Part shown: positions 1 to 8,567 of the stretch, one piece after another
Layout: the number at the start of each line of letters is the position of its first letter
Numbering within the stretch: position 1 is the first letter of the stretch
NCBI GenBank assembly: GCA_049294295.1
Contig: JBAQCP010000259.1
Location: 1 to 61,755 of the forward strand
Direction of reading: 5' to 3'
From: Gammaproteobacteria bacterium
Lineage (GTDB): Bacteria > Pseudomonadota > Gammaproteobacteria > DSM-16500
DNA length: 61,755 nucleotides
Position numbers and translations under genes: made by a program
The notes under the pieces: generated by a model
The model's database searches: none
What the model saw: only the letters and a program-made list of their open reading frames with translations
What the model was told of the DNA's origin: nothing

Positions 1-127
1 AACAGCGATAACAAAAGGTTTAGATCCTACTGGACGTTTATATCGTGTATTTGCTAATTCTCTAAAATAATTAATTGCGGTAAGTGTAAGCTTAATTCCA
101 TTACCATTTTTCCCCCCTTTTTTTTCT
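1..127. repeat. Terminal direct repeat (identical to 61629-61755); assembly overlap indicating a circular molecule
   Basis: First 127 nt match the last 127 nt exactly, and the parA reading frame is continuous across the join. Confidence 0.97.
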
Positions 128-357
128 TCTCTGAAAACCCCCTCTATATCAGGGTTAGCGTCTAAATATTTTCTTAGTGTAGGAATTGAAATACCGATTA
201 GTTTTGCAGCTTCACTGCAACCCCACATTCTGGGAGATTTTCTCTCATAAGGTATTGTAGAATTATTTCTTAATTTTAATAAGGTAGCATTACCTTGGGT
301 TGCAATGGAATTAAATAGTTCTGAAGGGTTTATGATACCGTATGGATTATCAAACAT
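1..357 (-). CDS. parA: ParA partition ATPase, N-terminal part (continues through the circular join to 60762; about 407 aa in total)
   Basis: ATG at 357 preceded by RBS TAAGGA. Manual translation is open: MFDNPYG...WGCSEAAKLIGISIPTLRKY (type Ia HTH)...KPFVIAV, joining TNLKGGVAKT (deviant Walker A). Confidence 0.9.
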   Translation of the reverse strand, partial: MFDNPYGIINPSELFNSIATQGNATLLKLRNNSTIPYERKSPRMWGCSEAAKLIGISIPTLRKYLDANPDIEGVFREEKKGGKNGNGIKLTLTAINYFRELANTRYKRPVGSKPFVIAV

Positions 358-558
358 ACAATTTCCTTATTCTATGTGTTTTATTGGTAAAGATATAATA
401 AAATTGAATTAACTATAAATCAACATATTTTCAATTAAAGTCGGATAAAAGTATTTTTTACAGTAAAAATAAAATATAACAACGTTTAATATTTATATTT
501 GTTTAGTAATGTTTATCCAGTATTAAATTAATTAATTCATACGGTTAGACTAAATATC

Positions 559-700
559 CTGACGTTTACAGGGCGTTATCCGCCTTATGCGGGGTGTTAA
601 TCCGACGTTTACAGGGTTGATTGAGGACATTTACGGGTAATAAGTCAGACCTTTTCGGGGCATGAATACCTGGATATTGAAAAGTCCGACGTTTACGGGC
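559..700 (+). repeat. Iteron array, probable oriV of the Rep_3 replicon
   Basis: Six copies of about (c)CGACgTTTaCrGG at 559, 580, 602, 624, 646 and 686; the first five have a 21-22 bp period. An AT-rich tract lies next to it (about 370-540). Confidence 0.75.
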
Positions 701-716
701 GAATATTAAAACCTTT

Positions 717-1724
717 TTACAACAAGCTAACTGAGGACGCTTCAATACCTTTTGCCCGCATGTAATGAGCAGCATAATCGCTCCTGATTCCACGAGTACA
801 GTAAAAAAGTATTTTAACGTTTGGTAACTGCTCTAAATTCAATAAAAAAGAAGAGAATGGGATGTGTTGCTGGGATTTGGAGAGAATTTTACTTCTATCT
901 TCTGAGAACTCTCTTAGGTCAATTACCAAATAATCATCTAGATTAATTTCTTCTATATTCAATTTGTAATTTAATGCAGGCCAAGAAATAGATCTATTGA
1001 TGCATGCAGGGCAGTCAAGTTTATGAGATAAGTCAAATTTATCTGTGGAATACATATTGTTATTAAACTTAATAAGCTGGCTGGTAAAATCATCATGTTT
1101 ATGTAGAAGCATTTGAATAGCTATTGATGCTGCTATGCTTCCAGCTATACCAGCAGTTGCTCCGATGATGCCCGATAAATCACAATTCTCTACAAGTGTA
1201 GGTGGTGGCGGTATGGGGAAGACGCATCGATAACAAGCATGCTTAGGGTTGACTTGCATAATCTGAACTTGAGACTGATATATACTGGCGCTTACGAAAG
1301 GTAACTCAAGCTGGCAGCATATGTCATTAACTAGATACCTAGTTTGAAAATTATCAGACCCATCAATGATTAAATCGTAATCTTGAAAAAGATTTTTTGC
1401 ATTACTCAGGGTAAGCTTCTTTATATGGCTACTTATGGAAATATTAGGATTTAATTCACGTAATCTTTCTTCTGCAATAATTGCCTTATATTTACCAAGA
1501 TCATCAACAGTAAATAGAATTTGACGATGTAAATTACTAATATCAACCGTATCAGGGTCAATAATACTAATTTTTCCAACTCCTGAACCAGCTAAATAAA
1601 GGAGGAGAGGGCAGCCAACACCACCTGCTCCAATTACTAAAACAGAGCTACTCAATAGACGGTCTTGTCCATTCTGCCCTATCATTATGATTTGTCTTGA
1701 GTATCTATTGCTCATTATTTGCAC
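717..1724 (-). CDS. ThiF/MoeB-family adenylyltransferase with C-terminal rhodanese domain
   Basis: RYSRQI, GAGGVG, DTVDISNLHRQILF, CYRC and CPAC zinc motifs, rhodanese loop FYCTRGIRS. Confidence 0.92.
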   Translation of the reverse strand: MQIMSNRYSRQIIMIGQNGQDRLLSSSVLVIGAGGVGCPLLLYLAGSGVGKISIIDPDTVDISNLHRQILFTVDDLGKYKAIIAEERLRELNPNISISSHIKKLTLSNAKNLFQDYDLIIDGSDNFQTRYLVNDICCQLELPFVSASIYQSQVQIMQVNPKHACYRCVFPIPPPPTLVENCDLSGIIGATAGIAGSIAASIAIQMLLHKHDDFTSQLIKFNNNMYSTDKFDLSHKLDCPACINRSISWPALNYKLNIEEINLDDYLVIDLREFSEDRSKILSKSQQHIPFSSFLLNLEQLPNVKILFYCTRGIRSDYAAHYMRAKGIEASSVSLL

Positions 1725-1799
1725 AGTTATTCAATAAGTTGACATATTAAAGTTGAGCTATATCATAACGCAAGTTTATAAAAAAAGCAGTCAAGAATA

Positions 1800-3200
1800 G
1801 TGACAGTCATCATGAGGCACATTATATCGAGTATAGGCATTATTTATTTTTTTATCTTGCCTGTATATTTACCTCTGCGTACTCTGGGAATTGAACTGTC
1901 ATCTTATGAGCACCTTTCTACGCCCACAGATTTAATTTTATATTTTTTGCAGATTATGCTGCTTATTGGTTGCAATAGCATTTTGTTATCACTTTGCCAT
2001 GGTTGGCTTGCAAAACGTTATTTAATCAAAGAAAGGCTTATCATTCATTGGTATAGAACAATAGCAGTTATTTTTTCAGTTTTTTTTGCGGCTAGCAGCT
2101 ATTTCATATTAACTCCAAATAGTTTATTAAGCTTATATTTTTGGAGTGGTGCGCATTATTTCATTATCAGCTTTTTTCAGATCCTTATTCGTTCTGAGAT
2201 TCACCACAATAGAAGTGGTATAACAAAAGCAGGGGCTAATAATTACTTCGGTTTAGTATTAAATCTTTCTGCTGTTATAGCTTTATCTGTATTTAGCTAT
2301 TTTTATGCTACGCATAATTTGAAATATTATGGCACATATTGCTTTCTTCTTGAGTTAGGATTTTGCATTTATTTGTTATTCGGTCGAAGATATTACGTAT
2401 CAATATTAAAGATTGGAAATAAATTTTCATTGAAAGTGAAAGCTACTTTTATATTTTTATGCACACTATCTCTGTTGTTATCATCAATTGCTTCTTTAGT
2501 ATTCGTTATGTCTGGTTGGCTTGGAGCCGTATCATTATTGGCTTTTGTTATCTATTTTTATATTCAGCTTAAACCAGAAGTCGATAAAAGAGACTTACAA
2601 CTTATTATTAGTGTCAGCTTGGGTTATGGCTTAATACTAGCAATTGTGAGCGGCTCTGTTATGACATATTTAATCAGGAATTACTCAAGTAATTATGATG
2701 TATTCAATATTGCCTTTTCATGCGAACCTTTATTCTCGGTATTTATTGGATTGGTATTTAGTTATTTTCTTATGGCTGGAAAAATTAAAACAGCTAAAAA
2801 TGATTTAGATAATTCACTCTTCCTACTGAATTTTTGTGTTCCCGTCATATTAGGTTTTTTTATTTTGTCCACCTTTATGAAACCATCATTATATTATTTA
2901 GTTATCATGTTTGGTTTTTATGCTTTTCTTGAATACACTAGCCTATTTTATGTTCGTCAAATCGCCCAGAATGAAGATTATACTGATTTCCAGGCAGCTA
3001 GATTAACTAACTTTCATTCAATTATTTTAAATAGCTTATGTCCATCTTTATTATATCTATCCATTCTGTTGCTGACAAAATTTACAACGTTAGAGCTAAA
3101 AGAGCAGTTAATTGTTTCTATAAGTGGATTAACAGTATTATCTATAATATACAATATAAGTCGAAATTACGTAATGAGAGGTGTGTATGAAAGCTACTAA
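1800..3200 (+). CDS. Multi-pass MFS transporter, divergent POT/PTR-like
   Basis: Roughly 12-14 hydrophobic segments; HGWLAKRYLIKER resembles the POT GGWLADRxLG motif, and CEPLFSVF resembles the POT xNPxxI motif. Confidence 0.6.
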   Translation: MTVIMRHIISSIGIIYFFILPVYLPLRTLGIELSSYEHLSTPTDLILYFLQIMLLIGCNSILLSLCHGWLAKRYLIKERLIIHWYRTIAVIFSVFFAASSYFILTPNSLLSLYFWSGAHYFIISFFQILIRSEIHHNRSGITKAGANNYFGLVLNLSAVIALSVFSYFYATHNLKYYGTYCFLLELGFCIYLLFGRRYYVSILKIGNKFSLKVKATFIFLCTLSLLLSSIASLVFVMSGWLGAVSLLAFVIYFYIQLKPEVDKRDLQLIISVSLGYGLILAIVSGSVMTYLIRNYSSNYDVFNIAFSCEPLFSVFIGLVFSYFLMAGKIKTAKNDLDNSLFLLNFCVPVILGFFILSTFMKPSLYYLVIMFGFYAFLEYTSLFYVRQIAQNEDYTDFQAARLTNFHSIILNSLCPSLLYLSILLLTKFTTLELKEQLIVSISGLTVLSIIYNISRNYVMRGVYESY

Positions 3201-4359
3201 AGTCTTATTAATTGGCCCATCTTTTTTGTACGATTTGGTAGACGAGGAAATATTACGTCATAATAATATAATACCGATATATTCATATAAGCTAGGTAGT
3301 AGTGTGAGAACAACTACATTAGGTACGACGGTATATTATGATGAGTTATTAGAAGAACATTTTGTAGATATTATTGATAAAGCTAAGCCGGCAGCTATAG
3401 TTTGTTATAACGACAATTTTTTAATTCAAGCTGCAAATTTACGAGATAGATTTAGTATACGAGGAATCACTAGCGATCAGATAGGTAAATTTAAGCTTAA
3501 ATCCGAAATGTATAAAGCAGTTGAAGATGTTCTATCTGTTCCGAAAACAATAAAGGTAACATCATTAACAACACCCCAAGCAGTAATTGAATATTTAGGG
3601 CAAGGCCCCTATTTTCTCAAACCTGATAATTTAGCAGGTGCTGAAGGAACAGCATTGTTATCTACACTTAAAGAGCTCGATAGCTGGTTTACTTCAGCAC
3701 TTAGAAAAGATGGTCAATATGTGATTCAACAGTTTCATGATTTGTCACTTGTGCATTGTGAGATGTATATACAAAAGGGAGAGGTTTTATATATTCAGCC
3801 AAGGCGCTACGCATATCCGAATCATAAATTTTTAGAAGGGAAAATTCTGGCTAGTTTGCCAATTGTTGATGATAACTTGTGTAAGAATATTGAATTAGCT
3901 ACAAAAGAAGTAGCAAAGAGCATGGCTTATAATGATGGGGTAATGCATACAGAATTTTTTCTGGGCTCAAAAAATAAGTTAATTTTCCTAGAAACAAATA
4001 TTCGGCAAGCTGGCGCCGCAATCAATCTAGTCCATAAAAAAAGAACAGGCTTGAGTATGGAAACAGCCATGATCTTACTAGAACTTGGTAAATCTGTTCC
4101 TCTTGATTTAAAATGTTCCGGCTATGAAATTTGTGGCTATATCCCAATGCAGAAAGGAAAGGTCATAGGAATTGATATTCCACAACTAAAAGGCCATTAT
4201 GATTTCGATATACGTGTAAAAATTGGAGAAATTTGCTACAATCCAAAGTCAGCAAGTAACACTTCTGTTGCTTTTATTGGGTATAGCGATTCGCTAAAAG
4301 ACCTAGAAGACGATTTAATTTACCTAGAAAATAATAGTATTATCAAATACTTAAAATAA
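3181..4359 (+). CDS. ATP-grasp ligase (amino-acid ligase-like; likely ATG start at 3187)
   Basis: PYFLKPDNLAGAEG, YVIQQF, GVMHTEFF, FLETNIRQAG motifs. Confidence 0.85.
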   Translation: MCMKATKVLLIGPSFLYDLVDEEILRHNNIIPIYSYKLGSSVRTTTLGTTVYYDELLEEHFVDIIDKAKPAAIVCYNDNFLIQAANLRDRFSIRGITSDQIGKFKLKSEMYKAVEDVLSVPKTIKVTSLTTPQAVIEYLGQGPYFLKPDNLAGAEGTALLSTLKELDSWFTSALRKDGQYVIQQFHDLSLVHCEMYIQKGEVLYIQPRRYAYPNHKFLEGKILASLPIVDDNLCKNIELATKEVAKSMAYNDGVMHTEFFLGSKNKLIFLETNIRQAGAAINLVHKKRTGLSMETAMILLELGKSVPLDLKCSGYEICGYIPMQKGKVIGIDIPQLKGHYDFDIRVKIGEICYNPKSASNTSVAFIGYSDSLKDLEDDLIYLENNSIIKYLK

Positions 4360-4360
4360 T

Positions 4361-4498
4361 ATGGGGTATAGTGTGGGAACAATAAAACAAATAAAATTGG
4401 ATTATTCTGAGAATGTAGAGTTCGTTGAATGGATAGAGCTTTGCCTTACAAATAATCAAGAAGATCCAATATCATTACATTCTATTGATTTAGCATAA
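4361..4498 (+). CDS. Unannotated 45-aa peptide, candidate RiPP precursor or accessory peptide
   Basis: Manual translation MGYSVGTIKQIKLDYSENVEFVEWIELCLTNNQEDPISLHSIDLA*. Fills the gap between the ATP-grasp stop (4359) and ThiS start (4500) with 1-nt spacers; alternative GTG start at 4373. Confidence 0.6.
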   Translation: MGYSVGTIKQIKLDYSENVEFVEWIELCLTNNQEDPISLHSIDLA

Positions 4499-4499
4499 C

Positions 4500-4754
4500 A
4501 TGCTTGTTCAATTAGTTTTTCCTGGCGCATTAGATAAATTTAGCGGTAAATATAGCTTAAATAATGGACAGATATGGACTGAAGCCATTAAAACTGTTTT
4601 GGCAAATGATTATAATCATCTTTTTGATAAAGATGAAAAATTAAAGCCATTTGTAATTGCTTGTCTAAATCGGGTAATAGTCTCGGATATAAAGGGACTA
4701 AAATGTGTTGACGGAGATATATTGATGTTGCTCTGTGCTACCTCAGGGGGCTAG
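4500..4754 (+). CDS. ThiS/MoaD-family sulfur carrier protein
   Basis: 84 aa with a ubiquitin-like sequence pattern, ending DGDILMLLCATSGG (C-terminal Gly-Gly). Confidence 0.9.
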   Translation: MLVQLVFPGALDKFSGKYSLNNGQIWTEAIKTVLANDYNHLFDKDEKLKPFVIACLNRVIVSDIKGLKCVDGDILMLLCATSGG

Positions 4755-4756
4755 TT

Positions 4757-5791
4757 ATGGTGTTGCGTGCTAGGTCGTCAAAAGAAACATTAAATCTTTT
4801 GTTACCTCACCTTGATCAATTTGGTATATCAAGAATAGCGGATTTAACCTACCTAGATAATAGTACAAATATACATGTATACGCAGCTACTAGACCTTCT
4901 GCAAAATCTATTACGACTAGTATGGGAAAAGGATGCACAGTAGAAGATGCGAAATGTTCAGCAATTATTGAATCAATAGAAACACATTATGCTGAAGAAG
5001 TTTTGGCGGATATAAAAAATACATCACATAATAAATTGTTAGAAGAATCACATTTAGTCCTTAACCCAAATGATATTGCTGGTACTATCATATCAAACCA
5101 ATATCCTATTGATTGGTGTTTTGGGACGTTATTTCGTTCAAAAAAAAATGTCCTAATACCTCATTGCTTATTAAGCTTAGATAGCAATTTAATTATACCA
5201 AGACTGATAGGCCAAAACTCTAATGGTATTGCTTCTGGAAATACATTCGAGGAAGCATTAACTTTCAGCTTTTGGGAAATAGTTGAAAGAATGTCAATCT
5301 ACAATAAAAAAAATGGGTTCTCTATTAGTAAGTCTTTTATTTCCTCATTTATAGATTCTTCGCTAATAGTTAATTTTTATTTGCATGAAAATGCATTTAA
5401 ACTTCCTGTAGTCAGTTGTCAGATTCAAAATAAAAACCTACTTGAAAATACTAAAGTATTTTCCGGTTATGCTTGCCGAAGTCAAATGAGTGAGGCGATT
5501 AAAGCAGCACTATTTGAGGCAATACAGACAAAAATAGGTATTATTTCTGGCGTCCGTGATGATATTGCTAATGATTGCTATATCTTTTCAGGAAGATCAA
5601 AAATATTATTTGATTCTATAGAGCCAGTATTGGACCATTTTGCTTTCGATGGCATGGAGAAATCATATGAAGAAGAATTTAACAATTTAGAAAAACTTCT
5701 TCAATCAAGTCATTATGATTTAGCATACTACTCTTATAGAGCTAATGATTTAAATGTTTTGAAATCTTTTTTGGTGAAAAATGTCAGTTAG
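4757..5791 (+). CDS. ycaO: YcaO-family enzyme (TfuA-associated, thioamide-forming type)
   Basis: GISRIADLTYLD, SMGKG, AKCSAIIESIE, SNGIASGNTFEEA...EIVER motifs. Confidence 0.92.
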   Translation: MVLRARSSKETLNLLLPHLDQFGISRIADLTYLDNSTNIHVYAATRPSAKSITTSMGKGCTVEDAKCSAIIESIETHYAEEVLADIKNTSHNKLLEESHLVLNPNDIAGTIISNQYPIDWCFGTLFRSKKNVLIPHCLLSLDSNLIIPRLIGQNSNGIASGNTFEEALTFSFWEIVERMSIYNKKNGFSISKSFISSFIDSSLIVNFYLHENAFKLPVVSCQIQNKNLLENTKVFSGYACRSQMSEAIKAALFEAIQTKIGIISGVRDDIANDCYIFSGRSKILFDSIEPVLDHFAFDGMEKSYEEEFNNLEKLLQSSHYDLAYYSYRANDLNVLKSFLVKNVS

Positions 5792-6794
5792 ACGCGCACT
5801 ATTTATAGAATCAACAATTTCGATAAAAGATCTACAGCCTTATGTGGAAAAATCAGATTTAGTATTACCCGGTATTAGAAGAGGGGATCTTATTGATTTA
5901 CATATAAAGCATCCATCAATTCAAGAAGTCATTATTGTTGATGGTGTTTTTGAGCAATGTCCTAGTATTACACATAAAGAAATTCTATGGCTAATATCTA
6001 AAAATGTAAAAGTGGTGGGTATAGCCTCAATAGGCGCATTGAGAGCATATGAGCTTAGGGATCATGGAATGGAAGGTTATGGCTGGGTATACGAGCAGTA
6101 TTTAAATGGAGCTATTGATGGAGATGACGAGGTTGCTGTTTCATATAACTTGATGAATCCAGAAGCTACTAAGACTATAGCAATGGTTAATCTTCGAATG
6201 ACCTCAATTAATGATCTAGATAAAAAAAATTTACATTTGATGAAATCTATTCATTTTAAAAGCCGCACATGGAAGCGATTGTATGAGTATTTGCCAGCAA
6301 GCGATGTAGAGAGAATTAAAGATAATTATATAGATATCAAAAAGATTGACTTAATTAACTATCTTAATAAAAGAAACATTCATGATGATTTAAAATATGA
6401 CAGCAGTTATATTTCAAACATTTTTTTTGAAAAGATGAAAATTTCATATACAGGGGTGTCATTAACTAAATTTATTAATAATCGTATATCTGATACTAAA
6501 GAAAATAAATATGATGTTGACGGAATAAGTGAAGATGAGCTTATTTGTATTTGTAGGTTTCTATTATTACCACAACTGTATATTCCAAAAATAAAGTCAG
6601 TTTTGTATGATTACAATGGGATCGATTGTAACACAAAGAAAATATCTAATTTTTTCGATATGGTTCGGGAAGAATTTAATATAAATTCACGATTTGATCT
6701 TTTAAATTTATTGAAAAATCGGAATATTTCAGTAGAAAAAATAGACAAATTATTTCATAATTTAGCTAAATTATTCGAAATTCTTATATTGTAA
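5781..6794 (+). CDS. tfuA: TfuA-like protein
   Basis: RRGDL, IVDGVFEQCPSITHKEIL, ASIGALRAYEL..GMEGYG, DDEVAV; overlaps the ycaO stop. Confidence 0.92.
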   Translation: MSVRRALFIESTISIKDLQPYVEKSDLVLPGIRRGDLIDLHIKHPSIQEVIIVDGVFEQCPSITHKEILWLISKNVKVVGIASIGALRAYELRDHGMEGYGWVYEQYLNGAIDGDDEVAVSYNLMNPEATKTIAMVNLRMTSINDLDKKNLHLMKSIHFKSRTWKRLYEYLPASDVERIKDNYIDIKKIDLINYLNKRNIHDDLKYDSSYISNIFFEKMKISYTGVSLTKFINNRISDTKENKYDVDGISEDELICICRFLLLPQLYIPKIKSVLYDYNGIDCNTKKISNFFDMVREEFNINSRFDLLNLLKNRNISVEKIDKLFHNLAKLFEILIL

Positions 6795-8009
6795 TGAAAA
6801 GCAGCCCGATAAGAATTGAGAATTTGATGGGAATTCTAATTGATCTATTAATTGTTCTATCACTTTATGATCATTAGACATAGGTGATTTAATTAACTGG
6901 GCGCTATCAATAGAGTTTTTATTCCAACGATGTAGAACTTCTAGTTCTACATTTGATGTCACTTTGTAAAGAAGAGTATTTTTAGAAATATTAGCTTTAT
7001 GGAATTCAATGCATACTTGTTCAAACGCATATTTTATTTCTTGAGAGAGCTTATTAAGATTAGAAATTTGACTAGGCCTAAACAGGAAATCACATTTGTT
7101 TATTGAATAGTAAACTTTTTGATTTAAGTCAAATGGAGTAAGCTTGTGAGGAATCATATAAATTGGGCTAGAGTCTGTGCGGTATGTATTTATATATACA
7201 TCTCTTAAAAAACTTATAGGTCCATTCTTTTCACATAAGGTTGGTGCATAACCTGCTTGATCACCACATGCAATATAAAGGAGGTATTTAACTACATCCT
7301 TCGCAAAACTATTGTTTGTTATAGTATGTTTTAATATTATGGTATTTAATAAATAATCATAAAGTAATATGTTTCTCTTAAAAATATGATCATCACTAGA
7401 AATACCACTTAGATATTTTGTAAATTCTGGTGACTGGTATGCTTGTTTTTCCCATGATTGAGGGAAAGCAAGCAGTTGAGCAGACCATTCTGGTACTGCA
7501 GATTGACATATTTCTTTAAAGACTAGAAACTGATCTTGAAGTAACTTAGGTGGGTTGCAAGATAGATTGAAATGTTTTTTTAATATATTGTGGTTCTTTT
7601 TATCGCTAAATTGATTGAGCAGCATAAATGAGTTTCTTATACCAGCCGTTATTTTAAGAATATCTGAGGGCTCGTATAGTGAATTATTTTTTAGAAATTT
7701 AGTATAAGGAAAGACTTGTCCTGGCTTGAAAATCTTCCACGGAGAAATGGTTTCATTAAATTCCATATACATTTCAAAGTTGTTTTGTAGAACCATGCAA
7801 AAGGGCATAATTCGAGATGGCGAATTATCTGGAAAATAAAAAAAAGACTCGTCACCAACTTGTTGGCCGTATGAATAATCTAAAATAGATAGCTCTTCAG
7901 GAATTAAATTCCGATCATTTTCAATTATACTAAACAGCAAGGGGTTGACTTCTTTTACTTGATTTTTTATGTCATTCCATGAGCATTTTTTTGTTTTATT
8001 CTTATACAT
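6771..8009 (-). CDS. Hypothetical protein, 412 aa (possible regulator)
   Basis: Long ATG-started ORF converging on tfuA; no family confidently recognised. Confidence 0.7.
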   Translation of the reverse strand: MYKNKTKKCSWNDIKNQVKEVNPLLFSIIENDRNLIPEELSILDYSYGQQVGDESFFYFPDNSPSRIMPFCMVLQNNFEMYMEFNETISPWKIFKPGQVFPYTKFLKNNSLYEPSDILKITAGIRNSFMLLNQFSDKKNHNILKKHFNLSCNPPKLLQDQFLVFKEICQSAVPEWSAQLLAFPQSWEKQAYQSPEFTKYLSGISSDDHIFKRNILLYDYLLNTIILKHTITNNSFAKDVVKYLLYIACGDQAGYAPTLCEKNGPISFLRDVYINTYRTDSSPIYMIPHKLTPFDLNQKVYYSINKCDFLFRPSQISNLNKLSQEIKYAFEQVCIEFHKANISKNTLLYKVTSNVELEVLHRWNKNSIDSAQLIKSPMSNDHKVIEQLIDQLEFPSNSQFLSGCFSLQYKNFE

Positions 8010-8118
8010 AATTAAAATTCATCTATCCTAGTTACAAGAATTATACTTTTTTATCATAAAAAAATCGAGTAAAAAGTTGTAATCTTTCCTGACTCAGAGT
8101 AATATCCATTTCAGATAT

Positions 8119-8195
8119 AAAAAAACACCAAGAGAATGTCGCCAAACAATCACTCTTGGTGTTCTAGACACACTGTTAGAATGTCTTAGCTGTAT
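8119..8195 (-). ncRNA. Candidate antisense copy-control RNA (ctRNA-like) in the repA leader
   Basis: 11-bp stem (8124-8134/8153-8163) whose minus-strand loop contains TTTGGCG and is followed by a T7 run. Minus-strand TGGTAATAT extended -10 near 8195-8203; plus-strand TTGTAA-17-TAATAT promoter at 8077-8105. Confidence 0.45.
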
Positions 8196-8378
8196 ATTAC
8201 CATATAGTTATAGCTATTACATTCGTAAATAAAAAGGATTTAAGAATGTTAATTGCAATAACGAATCAATCTCTTCATCACAATCAATACCCATCATCAT
8301 TATTGTCTCGATACATAAGCTGATTATTCAGAAAGAATAATTTATTAATAGCTTTAGATTGCGCATGCTGCCTTAACA

Positions 8379-8567
8379 GTGTTGTACATCTTTAATTATT
8401 TGCTATATGGAATGAGTATGAGAACCAATCTCAAAAATAAATTCAACAGATTATCTAAGCTGATGGGAGACCCTGAGTTTGGGTTAGCATGTGACTCGTT
8501 ACCACGCATGCTTCTCGCATGGATGACACGTGAAGCAAATAAGTATGAATATGAAATCTATATCTAA
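8379..8567 (+). pseudogene. Short ORF containing a diverged RepA fragment
   Basis: MGDPEFGLACDSLPRMLLAWMTREA aligns with IGNPKYGLPYGSLSRVFLAWMVREV of the downstream RepA. Confidence 0.55.

Noticed and set aside
559..700. Possible CRISPR array
   Set aside because: Repeats are about 15 bp, degenerate, with spacers of about 7 bp, and there are no cas genes; fits iterons
566..793. 75-aa minus-strand ORF
   Set aside because: Runs through the iteron array and overlaps the ThiF gene end; likely spurious
717..4754. MoeB + MoaD as molybdopterin/thiamine biosynthesis or a ubiquitin-like (E1/Ubl) defence system
   Set aside because: No moaE, thiG, E2 or JAB genes; coupling to ycaO-tfuA explains them as a sulfur relay
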